From: a virus
Taxonomy: Duplodnaviria > Caudoviricetes
DNA length: 64,000 bases
Virus record (IMG/VR): IMGVR_UViG_3300025597_000005
Reading direction: 5' to 3' (one strand)
Shown: piece after piece, positions 48,701 to 56,933 of the stretch
Numbering within the stretch: position 1 is the stretch's first letter
Layout of the letters: each line of letters starts with the position of its first letter
Notes under the pieces: generated by a model
What the model saw: the letters and a program-made list of their open reading frames with translations, nothing else
Database searches by the model: none
Told to the model about the DNA's origin: nothing
Made by a program: the position numbers and the translations under genes

Positions 48701-49572
48701 TTTGTTGGGAAAGGCGTTCCAGTTGCCTGAACTGTTGCGTTAATTGCTTCAATGTGGAACCATTTATTTGTGCGAGACCATGGATTTCTATCTACAGAAC
48801 CGCGTTCGATGGTAATGTAATCTGCATTACCTGGCTGAGCTTGCGTATCCCAGGATTGAACGTCCCAGTTGGTATTGATAATTGTGCGGCCGTTAGCAAG
48901 CTCAAGAGTTCCGTCCCATGGCAAGAATTCAAAAATTGTGCCTGCGGTAAAATCCGGAAACTGCGGTACCAAGCGAATACCAATGCAATTTCCAATGTTC
49001 TCGACTGTATGTGGTTCTTGATATGCTGGATCATCTGTAAGGATAATCTTCATACCTGTTGTTAGGGTAAGGTTAGCCGGTGTCGCAGTACCCGGGGTGG
49101 TATAAGATGGTTGACCGATAATATCGGAACCCATAACACCAGTAATTGTGATTGTAACAAGACCCTGTTCGATCCAGTAATAATTCTGATAGTTAATAAA
49201 CATATCAAAATCAATAGGCGGTGCCCAGCTATAGTATTCGGATTCGAAAAGTCTATCTTGATTTAATGTATTACCGCCATAGTATTCGATTCTATTCAAC
49301 AGGTCCTGATAGAATAGGATGTTTGTCTTGGTAGTATCTTCGTCTCGTGCAAAAGCAGTAGCTTCGAGTTGCCACCAGGTTCTGTCCTTACTTGGTTCGG
49401 GCAAATAAAAATCTGTGATAGGCTTATATTGGCCAGGAACTCTACGACCTAGATATCCCGAAAGAAGGTCACTGTCTTTCTTAGAAAATATTTGGTCAAA
49501 GGTGGCGTCAAAGAATTTCTTCTCTGTAACGGTTTGGAATACCGCCGGTAGCTTTTTTACGAACTGAGTCAT
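39787..49572 (-). CDS. giant (3261 aa) baseplate wedge/structural protein (gp7-like position)
   Basis: Follows gp6; ITNPGSGYT/DPGYGYTSAP repeats; KPYHTQIRDY. Confidence 0.75.
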   Translation of the reverse strand: MTQFVKKLPAVFQTVTEKKFFDATFDQIFSKKDSDLLSGYLGRRVPGQYKPITDFYLPEPSKDRTWWQLEATAFARDEDTTKTNILFYQDLLNRIEYYGGNTLNQDRLFESEYYSWAPPIDFDMFINYQNYYWIEQGLVTITITGVMGSDIIGQPSYTTPGTATPANLTLTTGMKIILTDDPAYQEPHTVENIGNCIGIRLVPQFPDFTAGTIFEFLPWDGTLELANGRTIINTNWDVQSWDTQAQPGNADYITIERGSVDRNPWSRTNKWFHIEAINATVQATGTPFPTNASRALRPIIQFTADLELYKSGTQFLSNISYGIRDDVFGNPILLSTYQGQTVNFVDAGLDISIQDGDLVVFMNDETLSGNPPYLVNQYVYLVSISAGIVTFSPYTSFATPVVDGDIVFVQFDAGFDGTQRGQTWYYDNAVWQQAYNDKVSTNQPPLFQLYDHSEIPLDDPIKYPNSNFRGNKIFSYKVNDEPGATVDPVLKFPLVYTSLGQASDIVFQNNLITDRYVYGNNLLPIDGYYYYTNYEGIVYYNSWNLYSPCPCDDIVPPPPCNCLETSKQRVIDRYVVGYGASYQFKLSVEPYGYPASPDLIVSVNSTEIKSAAEQVNGYTFVVINNSIYVDLSAYLSNLLLTTQSQPPVVEIATYTQGLLDPAATGYYEIPQQLEANPSNEEIGEISASNLIEQFSSIISNQIGFTGSPFGGGNNYRDSRKNRSLGAFILQNTAPLLKTMLISSSDDLDFIAGVRFSQDEYTKFKNKYARTALQLINQGFNPVQYQNNTIVVSAWVEEILKIVNVSKEFSNAFAYSYMIANGSSFANETLTVPLSGLVTLTNYVDLADPKNALYIYDQTGQERLLLIGVDYEIVSTNLSIDIQFNIGTNVNVGDTIFVAFYKNPLPAYIPSTPTKVGAYGAYIPRIELDESYAIPTNVIIGHDGSKTIAYGDYRDQLILELEKRIYNLLQYRFRNQYALPLRLESVKSGYFRQTRYSIEEFLDITESYINKWSAKNKANYRVNEFAKFAPTTPLSELWKLYNYTDAEDVNGNKLNLPGNWKGIFQYYYDTYSPDTRPWEMLGFSQEPSWWVSQYGTNWSSTNAALWADLEAGIIRQGPSAIFDPITLQPQPQEMWARPGLSAIIPVDALGQIIPVTTLFGVATSGNPYAPFDGFDKDWVYGDGGPVEQVWMSSSAYPFSVQEFLYLMRPGPFGEYLWDTIGTELSPGMLTVPGVDSPVQSNTNWQYVQNDNYTNSDPFFAWMRPKNADQVVHAESIDGEIQVKFGYQRWISDRILFLGKDVGTTFGQKVRTLEVNLANKLAGFTNKDTTNIYIESVTPGASTSNLIVPTNNFDVKLYKGQPVKTYAYSGVVIRALVDGTFAVYGYDLLNSEFIVLDRSNEKNIDVTIGGTPAEFQYFTPGQTYNPGDIVRYNGVYYLSQGTQTPQKFDPAAWQKLKALPIIGGISVNYRPVSLESYTKVPYGTILKSPQEVFDLLIGWGAYLETQGWKFEDVNTDTNQISDWLYSAKQFLFWLNTNWAPDASIQLSPAANRCTLVVEAGYPDDVESISNGVYSILDKYGVAIAPNNTMTDRDGPAISVEPSNLAAGGIYFLQVNASETEHVLIFDNVTSFNDVLYSPLLRARQQRLRFYGFRSNGWYGKMEAPGYLIIDNQLVPNFDTIVDEMRYYYDPDVTIDNPSLEDLGRHLIGYESKNYLDNLQVSNDVQYLFYQGAIRQKGTIQALDKLFRSTKVQSNETIQVFEEWALKLGDFGNTVEQVSTEFILRPEQNAGEVIVSRLNFVPSPIGFVKQINILNSENTYQNVPKVVISMPDVDPLDPNLTDIPRIAKAYAVLDALGRVSRIDITDPGYGYTSAPSVTLDSGAEPNNLDKFYAVWQGSIVRDPTLENIVEIDIDDTEKWIVRPTDPEFSLEFPTTNLIDYPMPNAGYINFNDVDWYSFDVDQTVLSWGNTSLNPIKDQSVWIAKTWTEDWAVYKMFDVTSSSGFDVIEGANGLQLRTDPSYLITPEFSTSGNTTDFGNLITLYINEAQATATVSAGSVSSLTITKTGINYSSVPEVTITGDGIGATAIALIAGGQVSDLIITNPGSGYTFANVTITPPGSVLGEGNYCVAFEFNQNDTNTDPTHNYYDLLTLDGTPISATDISNYPNFTNLCLFKTLRFETEPAPGTPSYVTVGDRIWVDNVSNKWEVFDVITPTISIPSGHQPLRVQGPMIDTFLFQSAEVFNARTRTELVRLPVYDPFKDILPGLAKQNITYISMQDPARYNVSGNTRLFSENITFGEAQVGKLWWDTSNTRYVYYEQPQALNGSETSTDNLVYRRDHWGQLFPGSAVEIYEWTKSSVPPAEYTGTGTPRSTTEYVQIVTSNRFTNIQEVNYYFWVLTPTDKPNIENRTMAALDVARLLQNPKGQGFAFFAPIQQTSNNNSYMFYNVQEILAYQGDNIQIKYRIGLRDDQEHTQWKFFREGDPASIVTDQYWNKLVDSLCGYTKVLPPSNEWSNSIFVGSDLPWDIYGWDIAPWDDATDTNSAIYGEILPVPDPALSSAEKYGIQYRPRQGMFVDIYAARKIFVQAGNSLLKHIPIRDDNPSWNTGVSTDIYWTYTTWYEVGYENVTPTVVFATLSAANAALVAGELTNGTIVQVTNGTPDNRFVMYAVEQLNPNIPTQSFKEVAIENSAIKLLDTIYTTKNLYGLSVEIRELMNAFRTQVFINDNIVDQNELYFSMLNYVLSEQKDPDWVFKSSYIYVKENNIPLTQDPLYIPDQIDNIIEYIMDAKPYHTQIRDYTSTYLTSDIAIGTASDSYLGKFTLTFGPQTFTGPDYEENLLDAMAGWDLNQGQFTSPWDTFNWDTYNIADVIDQFISRNPVLPAYSPGVGNPWPDTYTVPLTFFDVSKIGYSQLYPYTFDFNSLNLDNPQSFITPANIVAIQVGSNVLYYGQDYYVEYNNDTTYTVYFYQDPGSSPTPVAFVWWDGGNIMNVDFNTYRNEIALGYAFDDLVINVDTKLPVNNNDGNLEPYVGWGEIWEAVPDPVAQALIDNGGSPEISWDAPLNAELLPNTISFKQNTNDEGSEFYRNAEFFSGELVVDLPAPTQATENLDVIRVLIRPEAHPITTDILPEPGPGSIPGVIWIGGERIEYRQKTPYAANIWDLTLVRRGTMGTAPTNHPAMIPSLADPLILVPNPVWIEKDNVLPPVAIDTVWNVFPPTSADPTTETPPASNEYTSVENVAIGGLWYAETAQANFIKEQQGKSIP

Positions 49573-49635
49573 GTAGATTTCCGGAATAGTAAATTGTTTA
49601 CAATCTACTATTTATCCGGAAAATTATCTACATAC

Positions 49636-52600
49636 TTAAACTCGGAGATTTTGGTCTGTTAGGTTGGCAACAATCTGCACATTGTTCACTGTAGCAGTTG
49701 ACAGGAACAATTCTGTAGGCCCTGCGACGATTTCGAACAAATTACCGAATTGCGAATCAGCATTATTAGGTACAATAACCACAGAGCTAATAACTCGTGA
49801 AAGTTGCTGGTGAATAAATGCCGCCAATTCAGTATAGAAGAATTTCTCACCAAAGTCCCAGTTTCTGATATCAAAATAGGTATCGATTGCCTGAATAACT
49901 TTTGTCTTCACTTCGTTATCGCTGATGCTAGACGAGGGAGCCTTTACTACCTTAAAGGTTGCCTGCAATTCTGGCTCAGCCTGCGATCCGAAGAGAATCT
50001 TAAATGTACCCGAATTCCAAATCATTGCATCACTAACCATCTTATATTGATCAAGATCCTGGAACTGAATTCTTAGATCTTCAGTTGTAGGTGCTGCAGG
50101 CAATGTTGCAATTGTTCCATTAGAATTTTTCCAAATTACCATATCTCTATAATAGCTATCGGTGATAACAATCATATCGATAATATTTGAAGGAGATGGG
50201 TCAACTCTCTGGTCAACTGGAGAATAATGACTCCATTTGAAATATAGAGGTAATCTAGCACCTTCTGGTATTGTTGTATTCTGAGTAAACACCTTACCAT
50301 TTTTATCAAAGTGATATTTGTCTAGATCCGAAACAATAAGTTGAGCGGCAGGATAATCACCGAGGTTAGATGTTGGCTGGAATTCAAGAATATTATAAAC
50401 ACCAAATCCCGGAGGACTAATTGATGAAATTAAGAAAGACTTATTGGCAAAATAGTTATTGACTATATCAATCTTATCATTCACAAATTGTGTACCTTGC
50501 AGCCAAGGATATGTCGCACCCAATGCAGTATTGGTCGTGTTATTGATATTATTGAAAAATGCAGTAACTTGATTAGAGATAGAAATTACCGGATTAATTG
50601 CATCAAATTCAATCTGTGCAAGATTGTTGATGAAGATTAAATCAAATTCATCAAGATATTCAAAAATTGCACCAACAGTAGAACTTGGGTCTAAAGGATC
50701 GGAAACAATTGTATTTGATATGTAAGGTGAGCTGTAGAGTTTTGTATTGTCCAATGGATCTACAGGGAAATAAACATACAAATTACCAGACAGGTTAGAT
50801 AGCAATGTGCCCCAACGACAAATCCATGGTCTTGTACTCTGATAACCGACAACCTCGTTGTTATAGAATTCAAAAACAATTCTATCCTCTGGTGTCACAA
50901 TTTTATCAAATCCGTCGGGATCATCTGGCACACCGTCACCGTCGATGTCAACCAGTGATACTTCTACCTTTGAGTTATCGAGATAGCCATCATCTTGAAC
51001 AAATACACCAGTGATATTGAAATCCACCGGTACTCTGAGGAATGAAGTGCTTGGATCAACAATCACAGGCAAATTATTATCAATGCTTTCATTTGTGTTG
51101 ACAAATGGCATAATTTCAACAGTATCTTGCAATGCTAATCCGGTGGTGTTATCAATCACTACCTGATTAGGTTCCCAATAGAATCTAACATCTCGATATG
51201 ATTCGAATACATAGACACGACCTCTGGCTGTTAAATCATATGTGGTGGTACCTAGCTGGTTATCACTTGCAATATTCACATATAGAAGTCCACTTGCAGG
51301 ATATTGTGCCCAATTTGAATAAATTTGATCTAGTCCAGGTGAAACATTAATTGGCGGTGCATACTGGAACGGCTGCTGAGATTGATCTGAAATTCCAGGT
51401 GTTGCGGTTGTAGATACTCCCCAAGAGTCTGTCAATAAATCATAATACAGCCAGAAAGAAATACCAGCGTTAATAGCCGCCACTATATTAGAAATTTCAG
51501 TGGTTGTCAGATCATTCCTGAATGCAGGGAATACCTTAATTGCCTGATAATAGTTCTGTTCTTCTTTTCCTAATTCGACAGGGCCCACGTTTGCACTAGG
51601 ATTCTGCGGGTTTACAATTAGTGGTAAACCAGCCTGAATGACACTATTGACTGAGGCACTGTTTAGAGTTGCAGGATCAAATACCCAATTTGGTCCTACT
51701 AGTGTGGAATTTGCAAGTTGTAGCACGGAACCGGTAGTAATGAAACCCCATGGCTCATATGTACCAAGTGGTATATTATTTGTCGTAAATGAATTTTCAA
51801 GTGCAACTGCTGGTGCTGCAGAACTCTTTGTGTTGATAAAATAACCTGTATCGTTCTTGAACTTTGCAGGACTTGTTTTCCAGAACAACGGAAGAGTTGA
51901 CGGATTATTTAGGTCAAGTAAAGAATATCCATTAGGTGCAGATATAGTTGGATTTACTCTAATTGTTTGTTCAAACTGTGCAAGGTATTCGTCGTAGAAG
52001 AATGAAGAAACGTTGGGATTCCTCAACATCTCCTGAATAGTGTTTATAAGAATTGTTTCAATTGTAGACGAATTGGAAGAATCTTTTATTACTTCCTCAA
52101 GGACATTTTGGTTGTCTCTATACAAGGCACCGTCTTCTCCGAATATAATAAGATCTCTGTGAAATCCTGTCGGATCGTTTAGATCGATGTAACGACTCTG
52201 TCCGCTGTATGTTCTGTCAATTGCTTGTATCTTAGCAATTTGGTTTCCGTAGACTAGTGGTAGAACATTATAGTCGCTACCATTTACCATTCTTGACTGA
52301 GTTGAAAATACTTCAGGCGCTCTTAGCTTTATTTGCTCATTTGTCTCGCTAGCGGCCGCATTGCCGATAGTAGTTTCGAGATTGAATGTAATTCTTAGTG
52401 TATACTCTTGCTGATCTGCACCGATATATGGAATATTGATTTGCAGGCCTTGGGCATTATCGGGTCTAATTACAAGTGCTTGATTTGCACTTGTTCTCAT
52501 CCATGTTCTGAAAAGTCCTGTTGGTACATTGCCGAAATTACCATCCGCAAATCGAATTGTAATAGTGTCATTGGCTCCGGAAATTACATCAAAAATGTTT

Positions 52601-53580
52601 CTTTCACCAAACTGAATACTATTATAGATAATATTTTCACCGGCTAGTGCAGGTACTTTTTTCCATTTTGTGATAACATTACCTGACTGGTCAGTTTCTT
52701 GAACATAAACATCGTCCTGGTTTATGTTTTGAATTGTTACAGGGAAGAGTCTGTTAGGCACAGGAAATTCAAAATTTGTATCAACATTGATCAATGAACC
52801 TTGTTTGAAATACAAGAAAAAGCCTGTATTCGAAGATCCTACACCAAGGCTATCGTTTCTATAAACAAAATTGAAAGCATTTGCAGGATCGGGATCTCTT
52901 TCAAAGATAGTTTGATTTGTTACGAAATCTGGATTACAAATATCAATTGGATATTGTTGTCCATTGATTGTAACGGATGTTGGATACGTAACATTTAGTC
53001 GAAGAATATTATTCAACTGATATAAATCTGTCGGTATTGATCCAATAGTACCGCTCTTTGTTGGGCGTCCAAAGGGGTTCAACGGACTGAACGCTGCATT
53101 GCAAATTTGAATGAATTGATCGAACCAATCGGGATTGTTTGGATCATTCCAAAAAATTGTCAAGTCGTTGATGTTTACACCATTAGCATCAACTAGTGGC
53201 TGATTTGTTTGTACCGATGCAATCTTGAATAGCCCACTTGCAGGAATATTTCTGCGAGGAACATAGTTTACCATCTGCGCAAGACGAATAATACTTTCGC
53301 GCCTTTCCGCAGTATCAATAAAGTTTTCACGACTATTTAGATCTGTTCTAAATGCAAGACTTGTACCAAAATATGCAAGTAATTCAATAATTGCAATAAA
53401 TTCCGAACTTTCAATATAGTCGTTGAAATCTTCTGGATAATATGTTTGAATATAATTGATCATTGCCTGCTTCAGTGTATCGAAATCGTAGGCAGTGTAA
53501 TCAATAAACTGGAAAGCTTTGAAGACTTTCTTGTAATCTTCAGCAGCAAATAAATTTGATTGGCGGATTGATTCTGACAT
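49636..53580 (-). CDS. gp6: baseplate wedge subunit gp6-like
   Basis: YDFDTLKQAM...FNDYIESS...ENFIDTAERRESI; RFADGNFGNVP; ETNEQIKLRAP...QSRMVNGSDY. Confidence 0.85.
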   Translation of the reverse strand: MSESIRQSNLFAAEDYKKVFKAFQFIDYTAYDFDTLKQAMINYIQTYYPEDFNDYIESSEFIAIIELLAYFGTSLAFRTDLNSRENFIDTAERRESIIRLAQMVNYVPRRNIPASGLFKIASVQTNQPLVDANGVNINDLTIFWNDPNNPDWFDQFIQICNAAFSPLNPFGRPTKSGTIGSIPTDLYQLNNILRLNVTYPTSVTINGQQYPIDICNPDFVTNQTIFERDPDPANAFNFVYRNDSLGVGSSNTGFFLYFKQGSLINVDTNFEFPVPNRLFPVTIQNINQDDVYVQETDQSGNVITKWKKVPALAGENIIYNSIQFGERNIFDVISGANDTITIRFADGNFGNVPTGLFRTWMRTSANQALVIRPDNAQGLQINIPYIGADQQEYTLRITFNLETTIGNAAASETNEQIKLRAPEVFSTQSRMVNGSDYNVLPLVYGNQIAKIQAIDRTYSGQSRYIDLNDPTGFHRDLIIFGEDGALYRDNQNVLEEVIKDSSNSSTIETILINTIQEMLRNPNVSSFFYDEYLAQFEQTIRVNPTISAPNGYSLLDLNNPSTLPLFWKTSPAKFKNDTGYFINTKSSAAPAVALENSFTTNNIPLGTYEPWGFITTGSVLQLANSTLVGPNWVFDPATLNSASVNSVIQAGLPLIVNPQNPSANVGPVELGKEEQNYYQAIKVFPAFRNDLTTTEISNIVAAINAGISFWLYYDLLTDSWGVSTTATPGISDQSQQPFQYAPPINVSPGLDQIYSNWAQYPASGLLYVNIASDNQLGTTTYDLTARGRVYVFESYRDVRFYWEPNQVVIDNTTGLALQDTVEIMPFVNTNESIDNNLPVIVDPSTSFLRVPVDFNITGVFVQDDGYLDNSKVEVSLVDIDGDGVPDDPDGFDKIVTPEDRIVFEFYNNEVVGYQSTRPWICRWGTLLSNLSGNLYVYFPVDPLDNTKLYSSPYISNTIVSDPLDPSSTVGAIFEYLDEFDLIFINNLAQIEFDAINPVISISNQVTAFFNNINNTTNTALGATYPWLQGTQFVNDKIDIVNNYFANKSFLISSISPPGFGVYNILEFQPTSNLGDYPAAQLIVSDLDKYHFDKNGKVFTQNTTIPEGARLPLYFKWSHYSPVDQRVDPSPSNIIDMIVITDSYYRDMVIWKNSNGTIATLPAAPTTEDLRIQFQDLDQYKMVSDAMIWNSGTFKILFGSQAEPELQATFKVVKAPSSSISDNEVKTKVIQAIDTYFDIRNWDFGEKFFYTELAAFIHQQLSRVISSVVIVPNNADSQFGNLFEIVAGPTELFLSTATVNNVQIVANLTDQNLRV

Positions 53581-53581
53581 T

Positions 53582-54166
53582 TTAGACTCCTGCCTTTATC
53601 ATAATCCACGAACCGTCCTCTTTATAGAAACGTTTTCCTCGCGGTTTACCTTTTTGGGCAATTGATATTTTTAGTTTAGTTTCCTCTGTCTGAGTTTTCC
53701 CAGTCATGTGACCTATACATCCTTTTTGGGCGATAGAAATTTTTTTTCTTGTTTCTAAAGATGTTTTGTGCCCTTTCCTTGAAATACTCATTTTATCTTT
53801 TGTTGCCTGAGATAAGACTTTTCCTAAATTATTTTTAGACATTTTTCTTCTTGTCTCTAAAGACTTATTTGCACCTTGCTCACCGCCATCGGTAAGATTC
53901 AGTAATGGCCCTTTACCTAAATCTTTTCTTCCAATTTTAGAAATAAGTTCTTGCTCAAGTAATAACGCCATTTCTTCATCAAGCCCAGAATAAAGTCCTA
54001 TTATAGGCTCTACATTTTCCTTTGACATCGATTGTAATCTCTGTATAAATGGATGCTTTTTCTTTGATTTCAAATGTTTCCAAGCTCTATTATTTTTTCC
54101 CTTACCCACATATATGGGTTCATTATTTCGAGAGGGATCGTAGTAAATGTATGCATAAAATGTCAT
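53582..54166 (-). CDS. free-standing GIY-YIG homing endonuclease with NUMOD3-type repeats
   Basis: FYAYIYYDP...IYVGKG..NRA; LNLTDGGE; SLETRKKISIAQKG repeats. Confidence 0.85.
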   Translation of the reverse strand: MTFYAYIYYDPSRNNEPIYVGKGKNNRAWKHLKSKKKHPFIQRLQSMSKENVEPIIGLYSGLDEEMALLLEQELISKIGRKDLGKGPLLNLTDGGEQGANKSLETRRKMSKNNLGKVLSQATKDKMSISRKGHKTSLETRKKISIAQKGCIGHMTGKTQTEETKLKISIAQKGKPRGKRFYKEDGSWIMIKAGV

Positions 54167-54168
54167 AT

Positions 54169-54588
54169 TTAGAAAGTCTCACGATCCTTCAATGAAAATG
54201 TAACAAATAGATTATCTGTAACTGATTCGGGCTTAAACAATAGCACCATTGCAACGGTTAATGCCTGATCTTCTTGAAATACATCAATAGTTACCAATTC
54301 TACTCGCGGCTCAGACTGAATTACTCTTACAGCATCTTCAACAATGGCATTCTTTGTATATTCGTCAAACGGATCAAAGAGATAGTTGTAGATATTTGTA
54401 CCGAATGTTGGTAGCATTACTCTAGAACCTATCGGTGTTGCAAAATGGTTATTGATATCCCTCTTTACCAGTTCAATATTGGTAAGAGAATAAGGCGGAT
54501 TAGGCTGCCCTACTGTATTGAATCCAACAAAATAGGGCTTCCTTGGTTTTAAAGCCTGTTTAACAAGACCATTTTGATTTGTTGCCAT
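54169..54588 (-). CDS. gp25: baseplate wedge subunit gp25
   Basis: VKRDINNHFATPIGSRVMLPTFGTNIYNYLFDP...EPRV. Confidence 0.9.
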   Translation of the reverse strand: MATNQNGLVKQALKPRKPYFVGFNTVGQPNPPYSLTNIELVKRDINNHFATPIGSRVMLPTFGTNIYNYLFDPFDEYTKNAIVEDAVRVIQSEPRVELVTIDVFQEDQALTVAMVLLFKPESVTDNLFVTFSLKDRETF

Positions 54589-54632
54589 ATAATTCCCTTT
54601 TTGTTATTTATCAAGAAAATTATATAGGACTT

Positions 54633-56933
54633 TTATGCTGGGAATTTCTTATCGCATCCTAACGGGTCGACATTCTGTACAACCATGGTGATGATATTAG
54701 GACCGCGCCTTGCTACCTGGGTGAACCATTTTGAATTTCTTAAAGATTCTCCAGCCGCATTGTAATCCCCTGCCTTCATGGCAGCAAGGAAACGCACAAA
54801 CTTAGCAAGTCTTCCTTGTCCTAAATTATATGCGAGATCGGCAACGGCTCTTTTTCTGACATCGCTCAAATCTCCCCAGACATCTATTCCTAGCAATACC
54901 TGTGCAGCCTTAATGGATGTCTGTGCATCTTCCTTGAACCATGTTGATACAGTTTCTACGGAAATTGGTGTGGGGACAGGATACTGAGTAATTTCATTTG
55001 CTCTTAACAGGTGACCGATACCGCCTGTCGGCAATCCGAGACTGTCAAGGTATGACACATATTTTACACCTTCGTGAATTTTTAATTGGCATTCATAGGC
55101 ATTCATATTGAAATCTTTCGTAACAATGCTTGCCGATGGTGGCTCTTGTTTTATTTCTGTATTATTTGCACCCGGTGTAGTATTTGTGGGAGGTGTTGTC
55201 TTTTGTTCATTGCCTGCACCGCCCGAACCTTCGTAGGTCTTATCGCCTTCGTTTTGCTTAGGCACATATCCAGAGATACTCTTGTAGGTAAATGCCTCAT
55301 GTTCTGGACAAGGTTCATATGTAGGGAATGTTGTAACAGTTGTTTCAACCGATTCAGAATTTCTTTTGAATTTTGATTCTGGATCAGCCCAAGTTGCCAA
55401 TATATTCATCTTGTTGAGCATTGGCTTAATTTCTGCCTTTATTACATCTGGTGCAACAGGAATGCTAATTGCAGGACCGTTGGTTCCGGCCGGACCAGTA
55501 ACACCTGCACCATTACCACTTTGAACTCCTTGGAAAAATCCAAAGACACTTCCGGCAAAGCTTGCATTTGATCCGCTAACCTGACCAGAGAAGCTACCGT
55601 TTGCTCCGTGAATATCATTTCTGACATTTAAGGAATTACCAAATTGCACCGCTGAGGTTACATCTAATGGGCCCCTAATCTTAACAGAGCCGACATTCTT
55701 AATTGATGGTGCGGTTAGATTATATTCACCTTCTGCACTTATATCAATGGTCCCCTTAACATTTAATTCAAGATTATTTTCCTTGACTGTTAGGTACATA
55801 TTCTTTTGTGCAGTGGTATGTAAATTGTTTAGTGATTGGAGTACAATATTTCCGCCTTCTCCGGCGCCTTCGCCAACATATTTCCAATAGGGAATTGTTG
55901 AATTTTGCGGAACATTATTTACATCATATGTGAAAGTGGTTGTAGACTCAATTGTATCTTTAGCTGCCTTCATGTAGATATTCTGACCGGCTTCGATATT
56001 AATATTTCTGTCAGCCCTAAGGTTAATATCTCTCTGCGCACGCATTGATACGTTGGTTGCACCAAAGATATTCACGTTGCCCTTCTTATCCATTTCAACC
56101 CATGCTGTACCGTCACGGTTTATTAGATATATGAACCCCGAAGTTTCATTTATGTTAATCTGTGCGCCCGACTTGGTAGCTAATTGAATATATTCACTTC
56201 CCACAGCATCATCCATGATGAATGACGAGCCACCTTTTCTGCGCACCTTATTTGCATCAACATCATTAACAATTGGTGGACCCGGTGTAATAATTCCATA
56301 GACCTGGCTAGGTGCTTCTCTTCTAGCACTTGAATCTGTCACACCTCTGTTAGGATCTGTAATTAGTCCCTGATTCCCGAGACCTTTAAATTTTGTTGCC
56401 TGATATGGCTTTGTAGCCTGGTCGGGTAGTGTTACCCTGGTGTCCCATTTATTGTATTCAGCAACAGGTATATATTTTCCTTGGTACTGATAGTTATTGG
56501 TACTTGCGGCCATTCCAGGTACCATGTTATTCATAAACTGGTTAAACAATGATCCAATCCACACTCCGCGCGCAGGATCGCCGTTGATGAACATTACCAG
56601 GACTTGGTTGTTTATATCCGGTGGTACCATCCACATTCCATAAGAGGTTTGTGTACCCTCGAACTTCTGAATTTCGGATTTACTAATTGTTTCGACGTTT
56701 GTTGCGCCTGCAAAAGGTGAGCAATAGTTTACGGTAATCCAACCGGCTTCTTCCTCTGGCGCAGATCCAAATTCTGGAATCCAGACCATAAGTCTTCCCA
56801 TAGTTTGAATATCATCTGCCTTCTTCACATAACCAAGAAAAACACCATGTAGAGAAGGATTGCGGCCAATTGGTTGCAATTTCTCATTTAACGGCGTCGA
56901 AACGGTACGCGAATTAGAATTCAAATATGTCAT
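54633..56933 (-). CDS. gp5: baseplate hub/spike gp5-like protein with C-terminal T4-type lysozyme
   Basis: N-terminal OB domain (GRLMVWIPEFG...GMWMVPPDINNQVLVMF); C-terminal HEGVKYVSYLDSLGLPTGGIGHL (E-x8-D-x5-T). Confidence 0.85.
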   Translation of the reverse strand: MTYLNSNSRTVSTPLNEKLQPIGRNPSLHGVFLGYVKKADDIQTMGRLMVWIPEFGSAPEEEAGWITVNYCSPFAGATNVETISKSEIQKFEGTQTSYGMWMVPPDINNQVLVMFINGDPARGVWIGSLFNQFMNNMVPGMAASTNNYQYQGKYIPVAEYNKWDTRVTLPDQATKPYQATKFKGLGNQGLITDPNRGVTDSSARREAPSQVYGIITPGPPIVNDVDANKVRRKGGSSFIMDDAVGSEYIQLATKSGAQININETSGFIYLINRDGTAWVEMDKKGNVNIFGATNVSMRAQRDINLRADRNINIEAGQNIYMKAAKDTIESTTTFTYDVNNVPQNSTIPYWKYVGEGAGEGGNIVLQSLNNLHTTAQKNMYLTVKENNLELNVKGTIDISAEGEYNLTAPSIKNVGSVKIRGPLDVTSAVQFGNSLNVRNDIHGANGSFSGQVSGSNASFAGSVFGFFQGVQSGNGAGVTGPAGTNGPAISIPVAPDVIKAEIKPMLNKMNILATWADPESKFKRNSESVETTVTTFPTYEPCPEHEAFTYKSISGYVPKQNEGDKTYEGSGGAGNEQKTTPPTNTTPGANNTEIKQEPPSASIVTKDFNMNAYECQLKIHEGVKYVSYLDSLGLPTGGIGHLLRANEITQYPVPTPISVETVSTWFKEDAQTSIKAAQVLLGIDVWGDLSDVRKRAVADLAYNLGQGRLAKFVRFLAAMKAGDYNAAGESLRNSKWFTQVARRGPNIITMVVQNVDPLGCDKKFPA

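Noticed and set aside
53582-54166. Group I intron around the GIY-YIG ORF
   Set aside because: The flanking genes are complete and there is no room for intron core sequence.
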